In this document: in pieces, positions 17,343 to 25,737 of the stretch
How the letters are laid out: each line of letters begins with the position of its first letter
Position numbering within the stretch: position 1 is the first letter of the stretch
Origin: Nitrosomonas europaea
Lineage (GTDB): Bacteria; Pseudomonadota; Gammaproteobacteria; Burkholderiales; Nitrosomonadaceae
DNA length: 25,839 nucleotides
Assembly (NCBI RefSeq): GCF_900167395.1
Contig: NZ_FUWK01000037.1
Location: forward strand, 1-25,839
Direction of reading: 5' to 3'
Translations under genes and position numbers: made by a program
Notes under the pieces: model-generated
What the model saw: the letters and a program-made list of their open reading frames with translations, nothing else
The model's database searches: none
What the model was told of the DNA's origin: nothing

Positions 17343-18893
17343 ATGTCGCGGTATTTGAAATTTTCTGATCAGTTATTTGCAATGATCGCATCCATATTTA
17401 CCCATCCGGCTGAAGTCTCTGATTCCAGATACCGAGCATCTCTGCCGACGAAACCAGAGCACCGTCAATCTCTTCTTCTACTGTTATGTTCGAGTCTGCT
17501 GGTGACCTCCTGTGCCATGGGACCTGATTACTCACGTCCTCAGGTCGATGTTGCACAAAATTACCGCCTGACACCAACAGAAGGGCGATCCATCGCCAAT
17601 CTCCCCTGGTGGGAGCTGCTCAAGGATAAAAAGCTACAATTGCTGATCGATCAGGCTCTGCAGGAAAACAAGGATCTCAAACAGACGACAGCCAGTGTTG
17701 AGGAACTTCAGGCTCGCTTGCGTATTTCCAATATGGATTTTATTCCTGATGTAAATATCGAAGGTAACGCACCGGCACTTGGTACCATGGGAGGGTTTAG
17801 CCGTCCTGGATTTCCGACACCTTACAATTATTTCGGGCAGACCATCCTCAACTGGGAGTTGGACATCTGGGGCAGGCTCCGCCGTGCAAATGAAGCGGCC
17901 CGGGCGGATCTGCTGGCACAGGAAGAGAATCGTCGTGCTGTTGTTCTGACATTGGTAAGCTCAGTTGCACAGTCCTATTTCGATCTCTTACAGTTCGATA
18001 TGCAGCTGGATATAGCCCACCATGCACTATCTTCATGGGATGAATCCATTGCAATCTCCAGAGCACAATTACAAGGAGGGCTGATTTCCCGTCTCGATCT
18101 GGATCAGTTCGAAGCTGAACGTGCCCGAGCTGCTGCGCAAGTGGCTGAATTAGAGCGACAAATCATTCAAAAAGAAAACGAACTCAGTGTGCTGACGGGA
18201 AAAAATCCTACTTCAGTCTTGCGGAAGCAATCACTAAACGAGCAACTTATACCACCCGAAATACCTGCCGGCCTACCTTCCGAACTGTTACAGCGACGCC
18301 CCGATATTCTGCAGGCGGAGCAGACATTGAAGGCAGCTACCGCCCGGATCGGAGCAGCTAAAGCAGCACGGTTTCCAAGAATATCACTCACAGGTTTTCT
18401 GGGACTGTCCAGCCCGGCATTATCTGGTCTGTTGGATTCCGGCAGTGAATTCGGTGTCGGTGGATTCGGACTGGCAGCACCATTGCTGAATTCTCAATCT
18501 CTCGGTTTTGAGCAACGAGCTGCAGAAGCAAAAGCACGACAGGCGCTGGCAAAATATGAACAGACCATCCTGGTGGCATTCAAAGAAGTTGAAGATTCGC
18601 TTGCTGCCATCCGGACGGCAAATGAACAGTACAAAGCCCAGCAGGCACAGGTAGAGGCGCTGGCTTCGGCTTTACAAACAGCAGAACTGCGTTACCAGGG
18701 TGGAATCACCAGCTACGTTGACGTATTGCTTGCAAAACGCACATTATTTGATGCTGAGTCTGCTCTTACGGCCACCCGTCGTCTGCATCTGATCTCCATC
18801 GTCCAGCTTTACAAGGCACTGGGCGGTGGCTGGCTGGCCGAAGGTCCTAATGCGCCCCTGCCAGTATCTACCGGCCCGCTGCACAATGGCTGA
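17343..18893 (+). CDS. RND efflux outer-membrane factor lipoprotein (NodT/OprM family).
   Basis: An AGGAG Shine-Dalgarno lies upstream of ATG 17343. The lipobox is LLVTSC (Cys57). It is followed by GPDYSRPQ, and the C-terminal LYKALGGGW is typical of the NodT family. The N-terminus before the signal peptide is unusually long, so the start is uncertain. Confidence 0.9.
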   Translation: MSRYLKFSDQLFAMIASIFTHPAEVSDSRYRASLPTKPEHRQSLLLLLCSSLLVTSCAMGPDYSRPQVDVAQNYRLTPTEGRSIANLPWWELLKDKKLQLLIDQALQENKDLKQTTASVEELQARLRISNMDFIPDVNIEGNAPALGTMGGFSRPGFPTPYNYFGQTILNWELDIWGRLRRANEAARADLLAQEENRRAVVLTLVSSVAQSYFDLLQFDMQLDIAHHALSSWDESIAISRAQLQGGLISRLDLDQFEAERARAAAQVAELERQIIQKENELSVLTGKNPTSVLRKQSLNEQLIPPEIPAGLPSELLQRRPDILQAEQTLKAATARIGAAKAARFPRISLTGFLGLSSPALSGLLDSGSEFGVGGFGLAAPLLNSQSLGFEQRAAEAKARQALAKYEQTILVAFKEVEDSLAAIRTANEQYKAQQAQVEALASALQTAELRYQGGITSYVDVLLAKRTLFDAESALTATRRLHLISIVQLYKALGGGWLAEGPNAPLPVSTGPLHNG

Positions 18894-18992
18894 AATGAAC
18901 AATCTATCCGGCACACTGCTACCGGCAAACCGGTTTCATCAATCATAAATATTTTTGATCATTTTCCTTACCGAATTACCGGGAATAACGTC

Positions 18993-20192
18993 ATGTATCA
19001 AACGCTTCGTCAATCAATCATGCAGACCGGCCGCACCATAACAGACATCAGAACAGGGGTGCTGCTCATCGCTTTTCTGGCTGGTTGCTCAATGCAATCA
19101 TCTACTGATTCACAACCTCCGGTACCTCAGGTATACGTAACTACCGTCACGACTCGCACGATTGTGGAGGAACCGGAATTCATCGGGCAGACTGAATCTT
19201 TCCGACCTGTTGAAATCCGCTCACAGGTAAACGGAATCATCAAAAAAATATTCTTTACGGAAGGTCGGAATATTAAAAAGGGTGACAAGCTGTACCTCAT
19301 CGACCCGGTACCCTTCAATGCAGTCTACAAGAACAGCAGGGCAATGGTAACTCAGGCACGGGCACGGCTGGATCAGGCCAACAAGGATCTGGCGCGGGTA
19401 CAACCACTGCTCAAACAAAAAGCAGTCAGTAAAAAAGAGGTCGATGACGCCGTGGTAGAAGTGCGCAGTGCAAGAGCGGCACTGGAAGCAGCACAGAATG
19501 TGATGATCAAGGCTAAGTTCGATCTGGACAACACACTCATCACTGCGCCGGTGGAAGGTCGAATCAACCGCAGTCAATTTTATGAAGGGCGCCTGGTCGA
19601 AGCTCAAACTAATTTGTTGACTACTATCGATCAGCTGGATCCCATGTATGTCAATGTAAATATTCCAGAAAGTTATTTGCTGCGCCTGCGCCGCGAACTA
19701 TCTGAACACAAACTTGAAAGACCTGAAAGTATTTTTCAGCTGAGTGGTGTAATGACTTTCTCCGATGGCAGCATCTATCCGGAGGAAGGATTGCTGGATT
19801 TTGAAGATATCGTGATACGGCCTGAAACTGGTATGCTGCTGGGACGATTTGTATTTTCCAACCCGGCTGGCAAAAATGCTCCCGGGGAAGCTCACCTTTA
19901 CCCGGGCCAGTTTGTTAAGGTTCGTATCAAAGGTTACAGCAGAACAGGAGCAATTCTGATTCCCCAGCGCGCCGTGCAGCAACAGCCAAGCGGCTCTTTC
20001 GTCTATGTCATCAATGAAGGAAAAGCTGAACTCCGCCCGGTACAGGCCAGCGCATGGCAAGGCAATGAATGGCTGATTGAAAGCGGCCTGCAAGCAGGAG
20101 AACAGGTCGTCGTGGAAGGAATTCACAGAATCCATCCAGGCGTTCAGGTAAATCCTGTTCCCTACCAGCAAGAAGAAAGCCAGACTTCCTAA
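18993..20192 (+). CDS. RND efflux periplasmic adaptor (membrane fusion protein).
   Basis: The lipobox is FLAGC. It has the biotinyl/lipoyl-like hairpin pattern (VNGIIKKIFFTEGRNIKKGDKLYLIDP ... ITAPVEGRI) and a coiled-coil segment. The start is either Met1 or Met10. Confidence 0.9.
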   Translation: MYQTLRQSIMQTGRTITDIRTGVLLIAFLAGCSMQSSTDSQPPVPQVYVTTVTTRTIVEEPEFIGQTESFRPVEIRSQVNGIIKKIFFTEGRNIKKGDKLYLIDPVPFNAVYKNSRAMVTQARARLDQANKDLARVQPLLKQKAVSKKEVDDAVVEVRSARAALEAAQNVMIKAKFDLDNTLITAPVEGRINRSQFYEGRLVEAQTNLLTTIDQLDPMYVNVNIPESYLLRLRRELSEHKLERPESIFQLSGVMTFSDGSIYPEEGLLDFEDIVIRPETGMLLGRFVFSNPAGKNAPGEAHLYPGQFVKVRIKGYSRTGAILIPQRAVQQQPSGSFVYVINEGKAELRPVQASAWQGNEWLIESGLQAGEQVVVEGIHRIHPGVQVNPVPYQQEESQTS

Positions 20193-20227
20193 AGCAATCA
20201 TCAAGAATAAACCGCGTAAGGCGTGCC

Positions 20228-23200
20228 ATGAATTCCCGTTTTTTTATTGAACGACCGATTTTTGCATCAGTACTATCCATCATCATCGTCATTGTTGGTC
20301 TGGTTTCACTGAAAAATCTCCCGATTGCTCAGTTTCCAGAAATTACTCCGCCCGTCGTGCAAATTGATGCGGATTATCCCGGTGCCAGTGCAGATGTGGT
20401 AGCGGAAGCCGTTGCACGCCCGATAGAAGTACAGCTTCCCGGTATCGATAATCTTCTGTATTACGAATCCACCAGTACAAACGATGGCCACATGACAATG
20501 AGGCTCACGTTCGAAATCGGAACAGATATCGATATCGCACAAGTACAAACCCAGAACCGGCAGAAACTGGCCGAACCACAACTGCCCGATGAAGTTATCC
20601 GGCAGGGGATAACCGTCAAGAAGACTTCACCCGATCTACTGCTAGTCGTTGCGTTGAGCTCTACTGATCCTTCTCACGACACCATTTTTCTGTCGAATTA
20701 TGCCCTGCTCAGGGTACTCGATAATATAAAACGCCTTCCCGGTGTTGGGGATGCTTCAATCTTTGGCGGTCAGAATTATTCCATGCGGCTCATTCTTGAT
20801 CCCGTCCGGATGGCGCAACTCAATTTCACACCGAGTGATATCGTCGCTGCTGTCCGTGAGCAGAATCGGGATTTTCCTGCCGGGCGAATCGGCCGCGAAC
20901 CCATGGTCAATGAAACCGAGCTCACCATTCCCGTTATGACTAAAGGACGGATGAGTGAGGTAAAAGAATTTGAAGAAATGATCATCCGGGCTTATCCGGA
21001 TGGTTCCATGGTACGACTGAAAGATGTCTCACGAGTAGAGCTGGGTGCACAATCCTATGATCTGCAGGCACGTTGGAACGGACGGCCCAATACTTTTCTG
21101 CTGACTTATCTTTCACCTGGCGCCAACGCACTTGAAACAGCACAGCGCATCCGCAACGAAATGGACAAGCTTGCTAAAGATTTCCCGGCTGGTGCGTCCT
21201 ATGATGTTCCTTACGACACCACCACCTTTATTGAGGTTTCCATTCAGGAGGTTGTAAAAACCCTAGCAGAGGCCTTGTTGCTGGTTGTGCTGGTTGTTTT
21301 CATTTTTTTACAAAGCTGGCGCGCCACACTGATCCCGGCTATCGCGGCACCCATTTCTCTCATCGGTACATTCATGGGAATGGAAGCGCTGGGGTTTTCG
21401 ATAAACACACTTACCCTGTTTGGTATGGTGCTTTCCATCGGTATCGTGGTGGATGATGCGATTGTCGTGGTAGAAAACGTCGAGCGCCATATAGCCGAGG
21501 GCCTCACGCCTAAAAATGCCGCAATAAAAGCCATGCAGGAATTATTCGGAGCACTGATTGCTATCATTCTGGTACTCGCTTCGGTATTTTTACCGGTCGC
21601 ATTTCTGGGAGGCATTACTGGTGAACTGTACAAACAATTTGCTGTAACCATTGCATTGTCAGTCATGATTTCCGGATTTGTCGCACTGACACTCAGTCCT
21701 GCTTTGTGTGCCCTGGTACTCAAACCCGGCCACGATTCTCCTAACAAACTATGGAAAACTTTCAACCGAACGTTTGATTGGGCACAGACTCGCTACGTCA
21801 GCATGGCCGGTACAATCATAAAAAGATCGGCATTATCAATCCTCATTTTTTTAATGGTAATATTTTTTGCCATCGGTTTATTCAAAACAGTGCCAGGAGG
21901 TTTTCTTCCGGAAGAAGATCAGGGTTATTTCATTACGGTAGTACAACTTCCGGATGGCGCTTCCATTTCCCGCACCCAAAAGGTTCTTGAAAAAATAGAG
22001 AGTTATTTCCTGTCCATTCCATCTGTTCATTCAACTGATGCAATGGCTGGCATGAACTTTGTTTTCAGCAGCCGTGGTCCGAATCACGCCACGATGTTCG
22101 TACCGTTGCATCACTGGGATACACGCAAAAATGCCGATGAGCAGGTTCAAAACCTGATCGCCAATGCCTTTGGTGAATTTGCAAAAATCCCTGAAGCACT
22201 GGTGCTCGCCTTTAACGCACCCTCAATCCGCGGACTGGGCGCAACGGGTGGCTTTTCAATTCAATTGCAGGACCCAAGTGGAGGAGACTTTTCAGAATTT
22301 GCCGAAACAGCACAGGCATTTGTAAACAAAGCCATGGAACACCCGGCTATCGGAATTGCCGGTACCAATTTCCGTGTCAGCGCCCCAAGGATGTATGCTC
22401 ATGTCGACCGCGAACGTGCCAAAGCCTTAGGTGTGCCCATATCCGATGTTTTCGATACGATGCAAGCTTATTTTGGCAATTTATATGTGAATGACTTTAT
22501 CAAGTTTGGCCGTGTCTACCGGGTACAAACTGAAGCCTCACCTGAGTATCGATCCAGCCCGGACAATATCAGCAATATCTATGTTCGTGCCCAATCCGGA
22601 ACAACCAGCACAATGATACCGCTTGATTCTGTGGTTACAACCGAGTTCAACAGCGGCCCGGATCCGGTTACCCATTTCAACGGATTCAACTCTGCACTCG
22701 TGCTGGGAAGTGCAGCGCCAGGCTATAGCTCAGGGCAAGCTCTGGATGCGCTGCAGGAAGTGGCCAATGAAGTACTGGCACCCAAGGGTTACACCATCGA
22801 CTGGAGCGGGATTACCTATCAGGAAAAAATGGCAGCCAGTGGACAAAAAATATGGATACTTTCCTTTGCCCTGCTCATGGTATTTTTGGTGTTGGCTGCC
22901 CTGTATGAAAGCTGGTCTGTACCGTTTGCCGTCATTCTGGCCGTGCCCTTCGGTATCTTGGGAGCATTGCTGGCTATCTGGGCGCGTGGACTGACTGATG
23001 ATATTTACTTTCAGGTCGGGTTAATTACCCTGATTGGACTATCCGCCAAAAACGCTATTCTTATCGTAGAGTTCGCCAGTGATCTGTATGCCAAAGGCGC
23101 ATCACTGACCGAAGCCGCTCTGGAGGCAGCCCGGGTTCGTTTCCGTCCGATCATCATGACTTCCATGGCCTTTATCATGGGGGTATTCCCGCTTGCGATT

Positions 23201-23422
23201 TCATCCGGCGCAGGGGCTGCCAGCCGTATCGCCATTGGCACTACTGTACTTGGCGGCATGCTGGCAGCAACTTTCCTCGCCATATTTTTCGTGCCGCTCT
23301 TTTTCGTGCTGATTGGAAAAATCACACGACGCGACAAACATCCAACTCCTGAACCTGTACAGGCTGAAACCGGAGATCAGGCAGTTACCACCAACGAAAA
23401 GGAAGATACTGATGGCAAATGA
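20228..23422 (+). CDS. RND efflux permease, HAE1 (AcrB/MexB-like) family.
   Basis: The 1064-aa protein has the N-terminus FFIERPIFASVLSIIIVIVGLVSLKNLPIAQFPEITPP and the motifs IGIVVDDAIVVVENVER and GLSAKNAILIVEFA. The topology is consistent with 12 TM helices. Confidence 0.95.
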   Translation: MNSRFFIERPIFASVLSIIIVIVGLVSLKNLPIAQFPEITPPVVQIDADYPGASADVVAEAVARPIEVQLPGIDNLLYYESTSTNDGHMTMRLTFEIGTDIDIAQVQTQNRQKLAEPQLPDEVIRQGITVKKTSPDLLLVVALSSTDPSHDTIFLSNYALLRVLDNIKRLPGVGDASIFGGQNYSMRLILDPVRMAQLNFTPSDIVAAVREQNRDFPAGRIGREPMVNETELTIPVMTKGRMSEVKEFEEMIIRAYPDGSMVRLKDVSRVELGAQSYDLQARWNGRPNTFLLTYLSPGANALETAQRIRNEMDKLAKDFPAGASYDVPYDTTTFIEVSIQEVVKTLAEALLLVVLVVFIFLQSWRATLIPAIAAPISLIGTFMGMEALGFSINTLTLFGMVLSIGIVVDDAIVVVENVERHIAEGLTPKNAAIKAMQELFGALIAIILVLASVFLPVAFLGGITGELYKQFAVTIALSVMISGFVALTLSPALCALVLKPGHDSPNKLWKTFNRTFDWAQTRYVSMAGTIIKRSALSILIFLMVIFFAIGLFKTVPGGFLPEEDQGYFITVVQLPDGASISRTQKVLEKIESYFLSIPSVHSTDAMAGMNFVFSSRGPNHATMFVPLHHWDTRKNADEQVQNLIANAFGEFAKIPEALVLAFNAPSIRGLGATGGFSIQLQDPSGGDFSEFAETAQAFVNKAMEHPAIGIAGTNFRVSAPRMYAHVDRERAKALGVPISDVFDTMQAYFGNLYVNDFIKFGRVYRVQTEASPEYRSSPDNISNIYVRAQSGTTSTMIPLDSVVTTEFNSGPDPVTHFNGFNSALVLGSAAPGYSSGQALDALQEVANEVLAPKGYTIDWSGITYQEKMAASGQKIWILSFALLMVFLVLAALYESWSVPFAVILAVPFGILGALLAIWARGLTDDIYFQVGLITLIGLSAKNAILIVEFASDLYAKGASLTEAALEAARVRFRPIIMTSMAFIMGVFPLAISSGAGAASRIAIGTTVLGGMLAATFLAIFFVPLFFVLIGKITRRDKHPTPEPVQAETGDQAVTTNEKEDTDGK

Positions 23423-23699
23423 CGGTTATTTTGAACCTACACAAGAACTGAGCGATGAAACCCGAGACATGCACCGGGCAATTATTTCTCTGCGTGAAGA
23501 GTTAGAAGCAGTCGATCTCTACAATCAGCGAGTGAATGCCTGTAAGGATAAAGAACTGAAAGCGATACTGGCGCACAACCGGGATGAAGAAAAAGAACAC
23601 GCGGCGATGCTGCTGGAATGGATACGCCGGTGTGACCCGGCATTTGACAAGGAACTAAAAGATTATCTCTTTACCAACAAACCTATTGCGCACGAATAA
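23412..23699 (+). CDS. Encapsulated-ferritin-like (EncFtn family) four-helix/ferroxidase protein, stand-alone.
   Basis: The ATG at 23412 overlaps the RND stop (23420..23422) by 11 nt. The translation is MANDGYFEPTQELSDETRDMHRAIISLREELEAVDLYNQRVNACKDKELKAILAHNRDEEKEHAAMLLEWIRRCD. It carries the EncFtn hallmarks EELEAVDxY and AHNRDEEKEHAAM.LEW.RR (Glu/Glu/His ferroxidase ligands). The track's longer ORF from 23313 lies inside the pump gene and is not needed. Confidence 0.8.
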   Translation: MANDGYFEPTQELSDETRDMHRAIISLREELEAVDLYNQRVNACKDKELKAILAHNRDEEKEHAAMLLEWIRRCDPAFDKELKDYLFTNKPIAHE

Positions 23700-23754
23700 A
23701 TAGCACCAGACTGGTGACAAATCGTTATTTGACAGTGGTTCTCAACTTAGATAA

Positions 23755-24081
23755 TCAGGATTTCTCCCGGGCGACTTCCAATCCGCTGCCACATTGCCAG
23801 CACAGTTGAAAATTGCCGGGATTTTCTTCACCGCACTGCAGGCAGAAAACTATATCCGTCACTTGCGGAGCCTGTTCATAAGCCGCGATGATTTTCCGCC
23901 CGCGTTCAAAATCAAGATCGCGCATCACCCATACCTCAGGGTAAGTATGGGTAAACGAAATCTCTCCCATTCCTCCCTGGGCATACTCATTAAATAACCT
24001 TGTCGGAATATAGGCATTCTCCAGCAGATCCCGGACAATATGCGCCTCTAGCAGATGGTTAGCCGTATAGAGCTTTTTCAT
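23755..24081 (-). CDS. DUF2007-like small protein with a C-terminal zinc ribbon.
   Basis: The N-terminus MKKLYTANHLLEAHIVRDLLENAYIPTRLFNE follows the DUF2007 pattern. The C-terminal CLQCGEENPGNFQLCWQCG is a CxxC...CxxC ribbon. Confidence 0.7.
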   Translation of the reverse strand: MKKLYTANHLLEAHIVRDLLENAYIPTRLFNEYAQGGMGEISFTHTYPEVWVMRDLDFERGRKIIAAYEQAPQVTDIVFCLQCGEENPGNFQLCWQCGSGLEVAREKS

Positions 24082-24341
24082 GTGCCAAACAAAGTGATCA
24101 GATAATTGGTATGCGCTGTAACAGGCCAGCTCGGTTTGCCTTACCGAGATGGTGGCAAGACTTATTTTCCAGATAACCCTGTTTTATTTTATCTCGCCCC
24201 TACAGTAATATCCCAAAGTATGAGATCTGATAAGAATATCATCTTACAGCCTGCGCCAAGACGAGCGAAATCTAAGATACACCTTATTATTTTGCAAAAT
24301 ACCCGCCAGCTTCGCCTTGTACTTAAATATCGTTGTACCCA

Positions 24342-24776
24342 CTACAATCCAAGCCTCTTCTGTCCACTACGCTGACGGGCCTGGATTTCAAAGTAATTAT
24401 ACCAGTAGGGATTTCTGCCCCGAAATAGTTGCCACAAGCTAGAAACCGGGTACGCAAGAAAGAACAATACTCCCCATACCTCGTACTGCCTGACGTGCTC
24501 CAGTTCATGAGCTCGAGAATACTCAAGGGCGGATTCGTTCAAGCCAAGAACCACATGTCCAAAGGTAATGGCCCAAAATGGGAAGAAAGGTATCGGATTA
24601 CCATATCCAATCGAGAACTCCAGAATACCGGATACTTGTCGTACCGAGCCCCCGATCAGCAGCAGGAATAAACCACAGCCCAGCCCGAACAAGGAGCAGG
24701 GTGCTGCCCAGATGTACTTCAATAGCCTTACCATAGCGGCGATCCCACACAGACAACCAGCATAGCTGAGAGGCAT
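24342..24776 (-). CDS. Small polytopic membrane protein with an HExxH motif; function unknown.
   Basis: There are three to four hydrophobic segments (e.g. SLFGLGCGLFLLLIGG, IPFFPFWAITFGHVVLGL, VWGVLFFLAYPV) and the motif AHELEHVRQYE between helices. The start is either 24776 or Met15 (24734). Confidence 0.55.
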   Translation of the reverse strand: MPLSYAGCLCGIAAMVRLLKYIWAAPCSLFGLGCGLFLLLIGGSVRQVSGILEFSIGYGNPIPFFPFWAITFGHVVLGLNESALEYSRAHELEHVRQYEVWGVLFFLAYPVSSLWQLFRGRNPYWYNYFEIQARQRSGQKRLGL

Positions 24777-24950
24777 CCTGTTGAATGATGGGTTAAGTTC
24801 GGATACATGCTCGACATAGCAGATATAAGAAGTCTGTTAGCAATAGTGTATTTAACCTGAGTTCGGGATAAGAAAAGAGGAAGTGAGCGCCCACCTTTTT
24901 GCGTAAGATTATGTTTCCAAAAACAAATCAATCGCATTCAGGAGGCGCTC

Positions 24951-25385
24951 ATGGACAGTTTAACTGAACTTTTTTGTCTCATAGATGATTTCTGCTGCCA
25001 ATTCGAGCCCGCTTTAGAACGCCGCCTTCTGGAAACAGGGGTAAAGAAGCGCAAGCGCTGCAGCGGGTTGAGTTTGTCGGAGTTGATGACCTTGACTATT
25101 TTGTTCCATCAATTGCGCTTTCGCCAGTTCAAGCATTTTTATCTGGTTTACGCGTGCCACCACTTGCGGGCTGAGTTTCCGAAGCTGCCGAGCTATCAAC
25201 GATGCGTGGAACTTCTGCCCCGCTGTGTGGTTCCCCTAGCGGCCTTGTTCGAGGTGCTCAAAGGCCAGTGCGATGGGATTTCCATCGCCGACGCCACTTC
25301 GATTGCCGTTTGCGATAACCGGCGTATCGCTCGCCATCGGGTCTTTGCAGACAGCGCCAGACGCGGCAAGACTGACGTAGGTTGA
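24951..25385 (+). pseudogene. IS982-family transposase, N-terminal ~140 aa only, truncated by insertion of an IS3-family element.
   Basis: The segments MDSLTELFCLIDDFCCQFEP...LSLSELMTLTILFHQLRFRQFKHFY...FPKLPSYQRCVELLPR...GISIADATSIAVCDNRRIARHRVF..ARRGKT follow the IS982 pattern. Homology stops at GKT, where GWFYGFKLH and the DDE core would normally follow. The reading frame then ends within the incoming IS end. The left terminus of this IS is not resolved. Confidence 0.8.
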
Positions 25386-25434
25386 AAAAAGTGGAGTCCA
25401 ACGTTTCGTAAAATGTGAGGAACGGAGGACAAGG

Positions 25435-25737
25435 ATGGAACGACTCCCGAAAGGGATCTACACGCCGGAATTTCGGGCGGAAGCGGTGAAGCTGGTGGAA
25501 GCGGAAGGGCTGTCGGTGGATGCGGCAGCGAAGCGCTTGTTGGTGCCAAAGAGCAGTCTTGGCAATTGGGTGAGGGCATCGCGTACAGGCAGCCTGGCGA
25601 AGGTTGGGCAAGGTCAGCGGGTGCCGACGGAAACGGAAATTGAACTGGCGCGACTGCGCAAGGAATTGGCGGAAGTGAAACTGGAGCGTGATCTGCTAAA
25701 AAAATGTGCGGCGTATTTCGCGAAGGAGTCGCGGTGA
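25435..25737 (+). CDS. IS3-family transposase OrfA (HTH plus leucine-zipper part).
   Basis: The translation is MERLPKGIYTPEFRAEAVKLVEAEGLSVDAAAKRLLVPKSSLGNWVRA...ELARLRKELAEVKLERDLLKKCAAYFAKES, the classic IS3/IS407 OrfA. Confidence 0.9.
   Translation: MERLPKGIYTPEFRAEAVKLVEAEGLSVDAAAKRLLVPKSSLGNWVRASRTGSLAKVGQGQRVPTETEIELARLRKELAEVKLERDLLKKCAAYFAKESR
25698..25704 (+). promoter_or_regulatory. Candidate programmed -1 ribosomal frameshift heptamer A_AAA_AAA.
   Basis: In the orfA frame the sequence reads CTA AAA AAA TGT. The -1 frame is open from this point (KKMCGVFREGVAVRYARIEQL...) into orfB, the usual IS3 OrfAB fusion arrangement. Confidence 0.6.

Noticed and set aside
19698-20292. 168-aa and 93-aa minus-strand ORFs over the MFP/RND junction, and 21244..21765 (173 aa) inside the RND gene.
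   Set aside because: They are antisense shadow ORFs inside strongly supported efflux genes.
23313-23411. Longer 128-aa version of the EncFtn-like ORF starting at 23313.
   Set aside because: The first 33 codons lie inside the RND pump coding region in another frame and add no homologous sequence. EncFtn similarity begins after the ATG at 23412.
23704-23716. CACCAG-A-CTGGTG palindrome between the convergent EncFtn-like and DUF2007 genes as a bidirectional terminator.
   Set aside because: A one-nucleotide loop is sterically impossible. With a realistic loop the stem is only 4 bp, and no T tract follows.
24106-24375. 89-aa plus-strand ORF in the spacer between the DUF2007 gene and the HExxH membrane protein gene.
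   Set aside because: It has no RBS, a low-complexity basic composition, and overlaps the 3' end of the minus-strand gene. It is judged non-coding.
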